The notes under the pieces are model-generated. The model was not told the DNA's origin, ran no database searches, and was given only the letters and a program-made list of their open reading frames with translations. The translations under genes were made by a program, and so were the position numbers. From a virus (lineage: Duplodnaviria; Heunggongvirae; Uroviricota; Caudoviricetes): a stretch of 64,000 nucleotides of DNA. How positions within the stretch are numbered: position 1 is the stretch's first letter; each line of letters opens with the position of its first letter. Of the stretch, positions 49,718-58,850 are shown one piece after another. The DNA is taken from positions 32,001 through 96,000 of IMG/VR virus record IMGVR_UViG_3300028888_001839, one strand, 5' to 3'.

Positions 49718-50059
49718 ATGGTAACAAGCGCAAGCGAACCCAATCCTCCCACTCCGCCCATGAAGGAGACCGCCGTCACCAACAATGCAAACATGGCTGA
49801 ACTTCAAGCCTTGAGCGAGGAGGAGAACGCTATCTACAAGGAAAACATGGTTGAACTCTATGTCATGACATTCCCAGACGACGAAGCAGACGTTGCAATT
49901 CAGAAAATCTGCTTTGACAAGTCGAAAACTCCATTCCTGCTCATGTCAAAAGACCGTCCAGACGCAGGATGCCTCGGCCCGTGCCTCATCAATGTAATGG
50001 GGCAGACTTTCTATGTCAACAACACCTATGCCGAAGTAAGGAAAATCCTCTTCGGATAA
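49718..50059 (+). CDS. Hypothetical protein
   Basis: AAAGGA Shine-Dalgarno. Confidence 0.65.
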   Translation: MVTSASEPNPPTPPMKETAVTNNANMAELQALSEEENAIYKENMVELYVMTFPDDEADVAIQKICFDKSKTPFLLMSKDRPDAGCLGPCLINVMGQTFYVNNTYAEVRKILFG

Positions 50060-50172
50060 GCCTCTCATTCCTCCTCTATATTATATACTAATACTCTCAA
50101 TAGTATAATAGAGGGGATTGTTAAGGGGGGACTAAAAATCCCCACTAAAACTTTTTTATACTTTTCCCCATT

Positions 50173-50272
50173 ACCCCCTTGCAACCCGACCGAACCTTTG
50201 CTATACTATGCGCCGTCAACGACAAACAAGGACAAGACAAACAACAACAAAACCCGAAAGGAAACCTAGCCC
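50173..50272 (+). promoter_or_regulatory. Early promoter P4 plus leader
   Basis: CCCCC-TTGCAA(50179)-17 nt-TATACT(50202), then CGTC and a ~49-nt T-free leader. Confidence 0.8.
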
Positions 50273-51640
50273 ATGACTCCCGAAACCGCCCCCCTCTCCC
50301 ACTCCCTCTACCTCGCGGACTTCACCCAGACACTCTGGGTCTCCAAGAAGGATACCTTCATCAAGAAGATGAAGCACCTCAACCGTATTCTCGCCAAGCA
50401 CGGCAAGCCCCCGATTTCCTACTCCTTCTCCAACGTCCGCTCCGTCCCCGTCACCTTTGAATATCACCTTAAGGGCGATGCTTTCCGCAACGACGAAATC
50501 GAGGAACGTCTCGTAGAAGTCTGCGACGTCCACTGCAAGGGTCTTACCACCATCAAGAAGGACGATGTTGAATACACCTATCTCGGCACCGTCTCCTTCG
50601 AGGACGGCGTAAAGCAGATTTTCTGCAACAACGAAGCCTATGCCAACTACTTCATGGACGATTTCCGCCCCAACTTCTGCGACCACTGCCACACTACCCG
50701 CACAAACCGCAAGGCCTACTACCTCTTCCGCAACACCCGCACAAACGAAATCCTCCAAATCGGCTCCACCTGCGCCAAGGAATACTTCGGCATAGATTCT
50801 GCCGCTTTCCTGCAGACCTACGGCAACACCTTCATCACCCTCCGCGACGGCACCGAAGAGGAACTTGGCGGCTTCAAGGACAATTCCCTCTGCTACGGAA
50901 TTTCCACCCTCATTCCCGTCGTATCCCTCTGCACCAACGGCTTCCTCAAGTGGAACAAGAAGGACGGCTATGGCTCTTTCTTCGACCCCTCCTGCCCCAT
51001 TTACGAACTTCCTACCACCGAAGCCGTCGAATCCGTCCTCACCTCTTGGGAAACCCTCCACCCCATTACCACCTCCAACGGCGACCGCAACAATGCCAAC
51101 CTCCTCTCCGAAGAAGAAATCGTCTCCTTCTGGCAAGCCAAGTACGACAAGGAGCGCTCTTCCTTCGCCTACAATTGCCTCCAGGCCGTCCAGGCGGGCT
51201 ACACCACCCGCCGCTCCCTCGGCTCCTTCTCCTATGCGATTTTCGCCGCCTACAACGCAAAGGTGAAATCCCTCCGCAACGCCGAGACCGCCAAGTCCCT
51301 CACCATCGTCCCCTGTGCCTACCCCGTCAACTCCCGCCAGACCCTCACGGGCGTCATTACCAACATTCGCACTATCCAGGACGAAGCCTGCTACGACGGC
51401 TACCACTATGTCTCCGTCACCAAGTACATTGTGGACTTCACCGACTCCAACGGCACCTTCTATCACTTCACGACTTCCTCCGAATCCTTCCGCATTCTCC
51501 ACAACAACGACCGTATCTCTCTCCGTGCCACCATCGGGGAAACCAAGCCCTTCAAGGGTATCCCATATACTCATCTTTCTCGTCCCATCGCCGCTCTCAT
51601 CGAAGCTTTCAAGGACTCCCAGGAGAAGCAATCCGCATAA
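50273..51640 (+). CDS. Conserved phage protein with zinc-binding motif and probable C-terminal OB fold
   Basis: CDHCHTTRTNRK...QIGSTCAKEY; C-terminal 'ISLRATI...FKGIPYTHLSRP' resembles an OB fold. Confidence 0.7.
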   Translation: MTPETAPLSHSLYLADFTQTLWVSKKDTFIKKMKHLNRILAKHGKPPISYSFSNVRSVPVTFEYHLKGDAFRNDEIEERLVEVCDVHCKGLTTIKKDDVEYTYLGTVSFEDGVKQIFCNNEAYANYFMDDFRPNFCDHCHTTRTNRKAYYLFRNTRTNEILQIGSTCAKEYFGIDSAAFLQTYGNTFITLRDGTEEELGGFKDNSLCYGISTLIPVVSLCTNGFLKWNKKDGYGSFFDPSCPIYELPTTEAVESVLTSWETLHPITTSNGDRNNANLLSEEEIVSFWQAKYDKERSSFAYNCLQAVQAGYTTRRSLGSFSYAIFAAYNAKVKSLRNAETAKSLTIVPCAYPVNSRQTLTGVITNIRTIQDEACYDGYHYVSVTKYIVDFTDSNGTFYHFTTSSESFRILHNNDRISLRATIGETKPFKGIPYTHLSRPIAALIEAFKDSQEKQSA

Positions 51641-51669
51641 CTCCTCCTCTCCCCATTCTAACCCAACCT

Positions 51670-51716
51670 TCCCCCTTTCCCTACACCTCACGGAGAAAGG
51701 GGGATTTTCTTATTTT
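51670..51716 (+). terminator. Intrinsic terminator
   Basis: TCCCCCTTTC/GAAAGGGGGA stem followed by TTTTCTTATTTT. Confidence 0.65.
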
Positions 51717-51759
51717 CTCTCTCCTCCCCCCCTTCCCCTCACGCGCGCCCGCACACGTG

Positions 51760-52075
51760 TATATTAATATTATCTCTTATACTCTTATTACTATACTACT
51801 CTCCTATACATACTATACATACTACTTATTATTATTATTATTATTACTCTAGTCACCATACTCATATTATATTATCATACTACATATCTACATACATACA
51901 TAGTAGTATTATTATTACTCATACTCATACTCATACTTATAATACTCTTACTATTACTATTACTATTACTATCCCTATATTCCCACATAGTAATATTATT
52001 ATTATTATTATAATTATTAGACCCCTATTATATCCCCCACTCCAATTCTTTCTTTCTCTCTCTCTCTCTCTCTCA
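51760..52075. repeat. AT-rich, nearly G-free microsatellite tract
   Basis: (TAT)n, (TACTCA)n, (TACTAT)n, (TACA)n and (CT)n runs. Confidence 0.9.
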
Positions 52076-52404
52076 ATGATGGATGCTCCCCAATCTAATG
52101 ATTGCTCTCCTTGCTCTCCACCCTCCCGAATGATTCCCCCTCCCCTCCTTTCGGCTTGCTTGCTCCTGCACCTCTAAAATCACTCCCCCCTACGAATCAT
52201 CGCAGCACAACAAAGCAACATACCCTCATAGCCGCTCTCCCTCTCCATTCCCTTTCGTCTCACCCCTCCCTTCACCCTCATTCCACACTCACAATATATT
52301 CCTACTCTTTATTATAGTTTTAATAAATAATATCTTATAGGAAAGGGGGAAAGAGGGCGGCATGGCTTGCGATAGGGCGGCGGCTCTGTGTCATCGCCTC
52401 GCGT

Positions 52405-52959
52405 ATGTGCACACGAAGACCCAAAATGAACAGCAAAGAACGCTTCATAGAAACCGAAGAGGATAGTAGCCTTCCAAATGAGAACGGCCTGTTTGTCGCA
52501 GGCATATTTGGCGATACGGATGCTAGGGCTATTGCAGATAGAGAGAGACGGGCAATCACATTTCGGGAGAAGTACGACTATCGGGAGATTACGACTTGTC
52601 CCCATTGCTGCCATTGCTTAGAGTTTCGGAAGTTCTCTCCAAGCGGTGAAGCCATCACGGTCGGGCGATTCTGCTTTGTTGGAGAGTTGCCGATTTCTGA
52701 GCATGGGACTTGCAAGAGCGCATATCCTCGGAGACATGGGCGAAAGAGGATTGTCTACGATACCACGAATGCCCCCGCTGGATTTGAGCAAGGCATGGCT
52801 CCTGTCACGATGAGGCGATTCTATAACAAGCGGGAACAGTTCAAGGCTGCGAGGGAAGAGTCTCGGGGCTATCGAGGCGGCTCGTCATCCTACCAAAGGG
52901 CTGACGGGAACAAGGAAGCGGTCGGAAGCGGACAGATACCGAAAGGGCTGGTGAGTTAG
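52405..52959 (+). CDS. Hypothetical Cys-rich protein
   Basis: CPHCCHC...C...C motif; start uncertain (52405 or 52426). Confidence 0.65.
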   Translation: MCTRRPKMNSKERFIETEEDSSLPNENGLFVAGIFGDTDARAIADRERRAITFREKYDYREITTCPHCCHCLEFRKFSPSGEAITVGRFCFVGELPISEHGTCKSAYPRRHGRKRIVYDTTNAPAGFEQGMAPVTMRRFYNKREQFKAAREESRGYRGGSSSYQRADGNKEAVGSGQIPKGLVS

Positions 52960-53133
52960 ATGGGCTGGATAATCGGGATAGGGTGCATCTTGGGAGTGAT
53001 AGCATTCGTGTGGCTAGTCGTGTACTGGCTGAATCGGGACATGTGGGATGATATATGCGGTCTCGGAGATTTCATCGACATTGAAGATGAGAAGGATGAG
53101 ACGAGCGACATAGACGAGGGCAGGACGGCATGA
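52960..53133 (+). CDS. Small membrane protein with acidic tail (57 aa, not in ORF track)
   Basis: MGWIIGIGCILGVIAFVWLVVYWL...; ATGA overlap with the next gene. Confidence 0.55.
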   Translation: MGWIIGIGCILGVIAFVWLVVYWLNRDMWDDICGLGDFIDIEDEKDETSDIDEGRTA

Positions 53134-53606
53134 CGGAAGAGGCGGCACCATCCAAGAAGCCGTTGTGGAGGGAGACGGGCGGAGAGAAGCGAGTCCTTGA
53201 GGCGAGGGCGGCGAAGGAGGCGCTTGTACGGAGGCTTACGGAAGGGCTAGCGAAGTGTCCCGTGTGCAAGGGGGCTGCGAAGATTGTTTTGTTTGGGCTA
53301 AGAGGGAACGGAGTCTGGGTCGGATGCGACAAGACGGAAGAGTGCAGCAGGTACATTGAGAGACATTTGGAGGGATGGAGCATAGAGGACACGGTAGCGG
53401 ACTGGAATCGGCGGAATAAAGGGTGGCGGAAATGGGCAAGAGGGGCGAAGAGATGGTATCGGGTGAGGTTTGGGGCGGAAGAGCGAGCGAAAAAGAGGGT
53501 TTTGAGGGAATTAAAAGCCAAAAAAGAGGAAGAATTGGCGAAAAGAAGGGCTAGATTTGGTATTTTGCCGCCTAAAAAGGCTAAAAAGTGGTGGAAGTTC
53601 TGGTAA
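53130..53606 (+). CDS. Lar-family (restriction alleviation-like) zinc-ribbon protein
   Basis: LAKCPVCKG...VGCD...C...VADWNRR matches the Lar-like signature. Confidence 0.55.
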   Translation: MTEEAAPSKKPLWRETGGEKRVLEARAAKEALVRRLTEGLAKCPVCKGAAKIVLFGLRGNGVWVGCDKTEECSRYIERHLEGWSIEDTVADWNRRNKGWRKWARGAKRWYRVRFGAEERAKKRVLRELKAKKEEELAKRRARFGILPPKKAKKWWKFW

Positions 53607-53659
53607 TGTGGGCAATATTTATGCTAGAACGATGATTTCGAGAGCGAAGGAGAGAAGCC

Positions 53660-54367
53660 ATGAACGTTATATTGCCTAGGATAAATCCGCATGGGGGAGG
53701 AGAGAGACGGATAGTGCCGCCGAATGGGGGCAATCATCCTATGGGAATGGCGAGAGGAGTTCATTCGGTGCTGCCGAGGCTGGGCGGAGGAGTGCCGGCA
53801 AAGGTCGTTCTGGCGAATGCGGGGATAAAGAGGGGGCCGCTTGTGCGGGTAAAAGCTTGGGATGCGGCGGCGGAGAAGAAGGGGATTGAGGAAGCGGCCA
53901 AGCGGAGGGCGGCGAAAGAGGCGGAAGAAAAGAGACGGGCGGAAGCGAGGGCAAAGGTTCCTGGGGTGAAACTGGTAGAGAAGCCGAAGGAGAAGGTAGA
54001 GTGGGTGGCGAAGGGGCTGACCGCCAAGGAAGAGCGGCTGACGGATTTGCTGGAAGCGGCACAGGAAATGAAGCCGCTGGCGGACGAGGTGATAGACGAC
54101 GTGGCGGAAGAGCAGGCGAATGCCACGGAGCCATACGACGATCCAGAGTATATGACGGAGCAGGTTGTTGAAGAGAAGCCGATGCCGCAGCCAGAGCCGT
54201 TGCAGGAGGAGATTGTGGATCGGGCGGCGGTCATCCCCGAAGCCAAAGCCGAAGCGGACGAGGAAAAGCCAGCGGTGTCGGTAGAGCAGCCGAGGAAGAA
54301 GAGGCGGGGACGGAAAGGGAAGAGGGCTAGAGCGGCTATGACGGCGGCGGAACAGGAATTGCTGTAA
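53660..54367 (+). CDS. Low-complexity charged hypothetical protein
   Basis: AAGGAG Shine-Dalgarno; basic-acidic-basic blocks. Confidence 0.65.
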   Translation: MNVILPRINPHGGGERRIVPPNGGNHPMGMARGVHSVLPRLGGGVPAKVVLANAGIKRGPLVRVKAWDAAAEKKGIEEAAKRRAAKEAEEKRRAEARAKVPGVKLVEKPKEKVEWVAKGLTAKEERLTDLLEAAQEMKPLADEVIDDVAEEQANATEPYDDPEYMTEQVVEEKPMPQPEPLQEEIVDRAAVIPEAKAEADEEKPAVSVEQPRKKRRGRKGKRARAAMTAAEQELL

Positions 54368-54368
54368 G

Positions 54369-54746
54369 ATGGATGGGACGGAGACAGGTTCGGAGAAGCC
54401 GATAAGCCGACGGGCGGTGTTCGTTGCGGTGTGGGGGATGTTCTTCGCCATATTCTGGGCGATAGTCCTCTTGTTCGGGGGAGGGTGCTACAACATAGCG
54501 GTGAGGTCGCAGAGCGGAAAGAGGAGTCCGTATTTCCTGCAGCCTCATCCCTACTATTCGACGGCACAGGTGTGGGACGATTGCATATGTGCTCCTGCAC
54601 ATCTCAATGGCGGTACTGATGCGATATGGTCGGCGGTGGCAACGGTGACGTGGCCGCTATGGGTTGTTGACGAGGCATGCGAAGTTGTGCTCGATACGAT
54701 ATTTCTCCCCTTTGATGCGACGTATTACTGTTGCAAGGGCGAGTAA
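54369..54746 (+). CDS. YceK/YidQ-like lipoprotein
   Basis: Hydrophobic signal ending GGGC; C-terminal 'VVDEACEVVLDTIFLPFD' resembles the YceK/YidQ DxPxxxxxDTxxLPxD motif. Confidence 0.6.
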   Translation: MDGTETGSEKPISRRAVFVAVWGMFFAIFWAIVLLFGGGCYNIAVRSQSGKRSPYFLQPHPYYSTAQVWDDCICAPAHLNGGTDAIWSAVATVTWPLWVVDEACEVVLDTIFLPFDATYYCCKGE

Positions 54747-54764
54747 GAAAGAAGAGATTAGAAG

Positions 54765-54920
54765 ATGCTTGATGCGATATGCGGAGATGGAGAGGGTGCG
54801 AACCCGATGGTGCTGGCGGTGATTGCGATAGCGATTGCGGTCTTGATGTTCGGAGGGTGCGCGAGCGGCGGATGCGACAACTGCTGCACGAGAGATGCGG
54901 CAGCGGAAACGGCAAAGTAG
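54765..54920 (+). CDS. Small Cys-rich lipoprotein-like protein (51 aa, not in ORF track)
   Basis: ...MVLAVIAIAIAVLMFGGC-ASGGCDNCC... Confidence 0.5.
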   Translation: MLDAICGDGEGANPMVLAVIAIAIAVLMFGGCASGGCDNCCTRDAAAETAK

Positions 54921-54977
54921 GATTTCGGGTCGGCGGATGAGGGGCTATCATCCCCGGCGGAACGAGAAAGGCGACAG

Positions 54978-55928
54978 ATGGCTAGGCGAATACTCTCCAC
55001 GTATCTAGGAAAGCTGCACAAGCTGAGCAACAATCCCCGAACGATAAGCGACGGGAGCTTTACGATGCTCATGGAAAGCCTGCTGCGGAAGGATGAGGGC
55101 GGCAAGGGCGACATCGAGATGCTTCGTGCGAATCCGATTGTCGTGTGGATGGTTCCGAGCGAACTGCCGTCAGAGAGGGAAGACTGGCCGTGGGAGGGGC
55201 AGGAAGGGAAACTGGTTGTCCTTTCTGGGAATCAGCGGTACGATGCCTTGGTGGAGATGGGGTACGAGAAGATTCCCGACGAATGGCTAGCGGTTGGGAA
55301 GTATGCGGACGGGAACTGGTGGAGCCCCGAACATGCGGAACGGTTCATCCTGTTGGCGAACAGTCCGGAGGGAGTGAGCGGAGAGACGGACTACGACAAG
55401 CTGGTGGAGAAGTTCAATGCCGAATGCCTCAAGGCGGTCGGGATGGATTTCGCACAGACCCCGATAGATTTTCAGGAGCGGATGGCGGAGCCAGTAGAGG
55501 ACGAAGTTGAGCAGGGGGAGCACGGGGAGGAAGACCAGGAACTCAAGGACTTCAAGAAGCGGCGGGAGGACAGCCGAGGGAATCTCGAAGAGATACTTGA
55601 CATGGGCTTCTACGACGTGGTGGTTTGGGAGACCCACGACCAGAAGATGCTCTTCAACGAGTTCCTTAAGGAGAAGTTCGGGGTAGAGGCGAACCGAGAC
55701 ATATTCATCAACGGTTTTCGGCTTTCGGAGGCGCTGGGGAAGAAGATAGAGTACAGCGGGTTGAAGTTTCCCGACGGGAAGCCGAGCAAGGCGCTGCAGG
55801 AGATGGCGATGGACGGCACGGAGTTCGGGTGGGAGACGAACGGCGGAGAGATGCCCGAAGGGACGGAGCCCGACGAGGAGGAAGAGGGGAAGGTCGAGGA
55901 CGGGAGCGGGATAGACGGGGTGATATAG
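54978..55928 (+). CDS. ParB/Srx-like N-terminal domain protein
   Basis: 'NNPRTIS...MESL...NPIVV...VVLSGNQRYDAL' ParB-N motifs; acidic C-terminus. Confidence 0.75.
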   Translation: MARRILSTYLGKLHKLSNNPRTISDGSFTMLMESLLRKDEGGKGDIEMLRANPIVVWMVPSELPSEREDWPWEGQEGKLVVLSGNQRYDALVEMGYEKIPDEWLAVGKYADGNWWSPEHAERFILLANSPEGVSGETDYDKLVEKFNAECLKAVGMDFAQTPIDFQERMAEPVEDEVEQGEHGEEDQELKDFKKRREDSRGNLEEILDMGFYDVVVWETHDQKMLFNEFLKEKFGVEANRDIFINGFRLSEALGKKIEYSGLKFPDGKPSKALQEMAMDGTEFGWETNGGEMPEGTEPDEEEEGKVEDGSGIDGVI

Positions 55929-56038
55929 GATGGGCATGGGAGCGGCACACATCCCTGAAAGTAAGGCTTGGCATGGTGTAAGCGGTCTGGAGCGGGTGCG
56001 CCGGGGCGCGACACGTTTCACGCAAGGAGAAAAAAGCA

Positions 56039-56590
56039 ATGGCGACAAAGAAGAAAGCATCGACGGCAAAGAAGCCGAAGAAGTCCGCGAAGTGGGCGAA
56101 GAACGCCTCCGACTATGCGAAGAAGCAGGCGGCGAAAGCGAAAGCAAAATCCATTCTCATGAATCAAGAGGATGCATTTATTAAAAAAGGAAAGTCGAAG
56201 AGAATCAGAGATGTCGGGCAGAAGCCACCAAAAGGCTATATGCGGACTGGCGGCCTTTGGTTTGCAAAGATAGAGAATGCCAGACCGATTCGTACTCTTA
56301 CCACGATGCAGCAGAGAGGTTTGTTTTATGCTAACAAGCCTAAATTTCTTGGGACTAATGGGTCTGGAGGGTATCTTGGAAGCGCCGCCAATCAGGGGAT
56401 GTACAACGGAGAAACGAGCGAGGCGAACTTCCGCAAGACGGAGGGAGCACGTAAACTAATAGATGCCGACGGCGGCACATATGCACCTGGGTACAAGAAG
56501 CCAGACGGGAAGATAATCCATGCCGGCAAGAAGCAGGCGGCGAAGTCTCGCTACATCATGGCTATCGGGCAGGACGGCCACAAGAGATAG
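56039..56590 (+). CDS. Highly basic Lys/Gly-rich protein
   Basis: AAGGAG Shine-Dalgarno; MATKKKASTAKKPKKSAK... Confidence 0.7.
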   Translation: MATKKKASTAKKPKKSAKWAKNASDYAKKQAAKAKAKSILMNQEDAFIKKGKSKRIRDVGQKPPKGYMRTGGLWFAKIENARPIRTLTTMQQRGLFYANKPKFLGTNGSGGYLGSAANQGMYNGETSEANFRKTEGARKLIDADGGTYAPGYKKPDGKIIHAGKKQAAKSRYIMAIGQDGHKR

Positions 56591-56615
56591 CTTTCACAAG
56601 ATCCGGGGCGGGAAT

Positions 56616-56660
56616 GGGCGGCGCCCATACGCGGGTGCGGTGGGCGTCCGTCCTTTTTAT
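56616..56660 (+). terminator. Probable intrinsic terminator
   Basis: GGGCGGCGCCCA...TGGGCGTCCGTCC followed by TTTTT. Confidence 0.55.
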
Positions 56661-56688
56661 GTTGGGCGAGAGGAGAGCGGCATAGAGT

Positions 56689-57570
56689 ATGACGTTACCG
56701 ATATACAGCACGGAAGCCACTGATTCGCTTTGTCGGGAGATAGCGAAGAAGAGCCACGGCACGATTTTTATAATGATGAGCCGTGGAAAGGACTCTCTTT
56801 GCGCCTATCTGCAGTGCCTGAAATACTTCAATCGCGTAATTCCTTTTCACTGTGCCACAGTCCCTGGGTATAGGTTTGCAGATGAGTATCTGGACTATCT
56901 CGAAGCGATGCTCAACACGAGGATTCTTCGGATGATGGGAGAGGACTTGAAGATGGCGCTCGTGCGGTACATCTACCAGGACACCCCTTGGGAGTGCGAC
57001 GTGATAGACCAGGTCATCCCCGACGTTGACTTCACGAAGCTGGACGTTCTCGAGTATCTGCGGATGAAGTTCAACCTTCCGAGGGTATGGTGCGCCGTTG
57101 GAATAAGCAAGAACGATTCCATAGACAGGCTGATCTACTGCCGCAAGACGGGCGGGAAGAACATGGGGAACAAGACGTTCTACCCTTGCTGGGACTGGCC
57201 GAGGGAGGAGATGCTTAATGCTATCACGGATGCGGGACTCGTGCTCGCGCCCGAATACAAGTACGTGAACAGGTCGATGGGCGGAGTGCCGTCCGCCACG
57301 TACAACAAGGTGATGATGGAGCATTTTCCGCAAGACTGGAAACTCACGAAGACGTGGTATCCGCTCGCGGAGGTCAAGAACGTCCGAGAGGAGATGATAG
57401 ATGCAAACTATCCGCTGTGGATGGAGCAGGAGGCAGCCAAGCGCGGAGGTCGCATGGATGGCGATACGAAGGTGGGGGAAGCGGGAGAAGGAGAATCCGA
57501 GGGAGGCGATGGCGAGGGTTCTGGCATGGTCATCCCGACTGACGAGGCAGTGGAATCCGAAGAGGAGTGA
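56689..57570 (+). CDS. PP-loop (PAPS reductase-like) adenine nucleotide alpha-hydrolase family protein
   Basis: SRGKDS PP-loop, 'GISKNDSIDR', 'FYPCWDW'. Confidence 0.75.
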   Translation: MTLPIYSTEATDSLCREIAKKSHGTIFIMMSRGKDSLCAYLQCLKYFNRVIPFHCATVPGYRFADEYLDYLEAMLNTRILRMMGEDLKMALVRYIYQDTPWECDVIDQVIPDVDFTKLDVLEYLRMKFNLPRVWCAVGISKNDSIDRLIYCRKTGGKNMGNKTFYPCWDWPREEMLNAITDAGLVLAPEYKYVNRSMGGVPSATYNKVMMEHFPQDWKLTKTWYPLAEVKNVREEMIDANYPLWMEQEAAKRGGRMDGDTKVGEAGEGESEGGDGEGSGMVIPTDEAVESEEE

Positions 57571-58379
57571 CGCAGATGGAAGAGAGAACGGAGAGGAATC
57601 CGCTGGGAGATGCGGCTAACCCGATGATGCGCCCGTCCGTTGCGAGGGCGGTGAGGGAGATGAGGAGCCAGGCGCCGATGCGAGCGGCGAACGGAATCTT
57701 CAAGCACCCGTCCGAATGCACGGAAGAGGAGTACAACTTCATAGCGGACTGCCTGAAGAGGAACATACCGCTGTACACGATAGCGGGGCTGATACACTGC
57801 GAGAGGAGTTTCCTTTCGAGGTATATCAAGAAGCACCCCGAACTTCTGGAACTCAAGGAAGAGCAAGGCGAGAACATCGTTGACGAGGCGGAGTACCAGT
57901 TGGATCGTCTAAACAGGGCGGGGAACGCGAGCACAATCATATTCACCCTGCAGACGAAGGGGCGGAAGAGAGGGTGGACAACCGAGGACATAACGGGAGA
58001 TGGAGGCGGAAACGAGACGGAGCGGATAGTGATGGGCGTCATCCCCGACGAAGCCGTGAAGGAGGCGGAGGAGGAAATCGAGAAGGTGACGGGGGCGAAG
58101 CCTAATCCCGGCGGGGTGATGACCGACCCGATGGCGCTGGCCGCGATGGAGCAGATGGGGAAGGAAGTCAAGCAGTACGTTGACGATGCGGTGGAGGCCG
58201 CGAAGCCCAAGGCGATAGATGCGGATGCGGTGGATGTCGGGGAAGCCCCGTATGCTGGAGACAGCACAGTCGAGGCGGGGATGGAGTATGGGGCGAACGG
58301 ATTCGGGGCGGCGAATCCCGACATGGGAGCGGAGGCCGACCCGTGGGCGGAGGGCGGAGATTCGCCGTTCTTCCAGTAA
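57567..58379 (+). CDS. Putative terminase small subunit / HTH protein
   Basis: HTH-like 'LYTIAGLIHCERSFLSRYIKKHPEL' followed by 'VDEAEYQL...GNASTIIFTLQTKGRKRGW', typical of a TerS family. Confidence 0.65.
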   Translation: MTQMEERTERNPLGDAANPMMRPSVARAVREMRSQAPMRAANGIFKHPSECTEEEYNFIADCLKRNIPLYTIAGLIHCERSFLSRYIKKHPELLELKEEQGENIVDEAEYQLDRLNRAGNASTIIFTLQTKGRKRGWTTEDITGDGGGNETERIVMGVIPDEAVKEAEEEIEKVTGAKPNPGGVMTDPMALAAMEQMGKEVKQYVDDAVEAAKPKAIDADAVDVGEAPYAGDSTVEAGMEYGANGFGAANPDMGAEADPWAEGGDSPFFQ

Positions 58380-58391
58380 TATGCTTGTCGG

Positions 58392-58841
58392 ATGGGCTTG
58401 TTTCAAATGGCTTTTAGAAAATGCAAGAAGTGCGGGAGGCGGTTCGAGTCCAAGGGGCCGGGCGACAGCTTCTGTTCGGATTTGTGCCGGATGACGGGAT
58501 TCTTCATAGGCGGGGGCGGAGACACCACGAAGCCCGGAGTTCCGCAGCCTGCGGCGGTCATCCCGCCGCCAAAGCCTCTGCGGGTGAAGAAGGACGACGA
58601 GAGGTTCGCGAGGGTCCGCCAGATGTTCGAGAAGCCCGCAGAGGAGAGATGGGCGATAGCCAAGGACTTCACCGAGGAGGAACGTGCCTATGCGAAGCGG
58701 CTGGCGAAGCGGCAGATGATGGAAGAGGTGCGGTTCATGCGGGAGTGGACATGGGAAGGATTCGCCGACGATGCGGACGATGCGGACAGCGGATGGGGCG
58801 GAGAAGGGATGCTGGGAGAATCGGACGACGGCAGCATTTAG
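58392..58841 (+). CDS. Zinc-finger protein
   Basis: CKKCGRRF...FCSDLC; acidic tail. Confidence 0.65.
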   Translation: MGLFQMAFRKCKKCGRRFESKGPGDSFCSDLCRMTGFFIGGGGDTTKPGVPQPAAVIPPPKPLRVKKDDERFARVRQMFEKPAEERWAIAKDFTEEERAYAKRLAKRQMMEEVRFMREWTWEGFADDADDADSGWGGEGMLGESDDGSI

Positions 58842-58850
58842 AGGTGTGAG

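Noticed and set aside
52299-52343. Protelomerase (telRL-type) site
   Set aside because: The palindrome is short and imperfect and no protelomerase gene is in the window; kept only as part of the skew finding.
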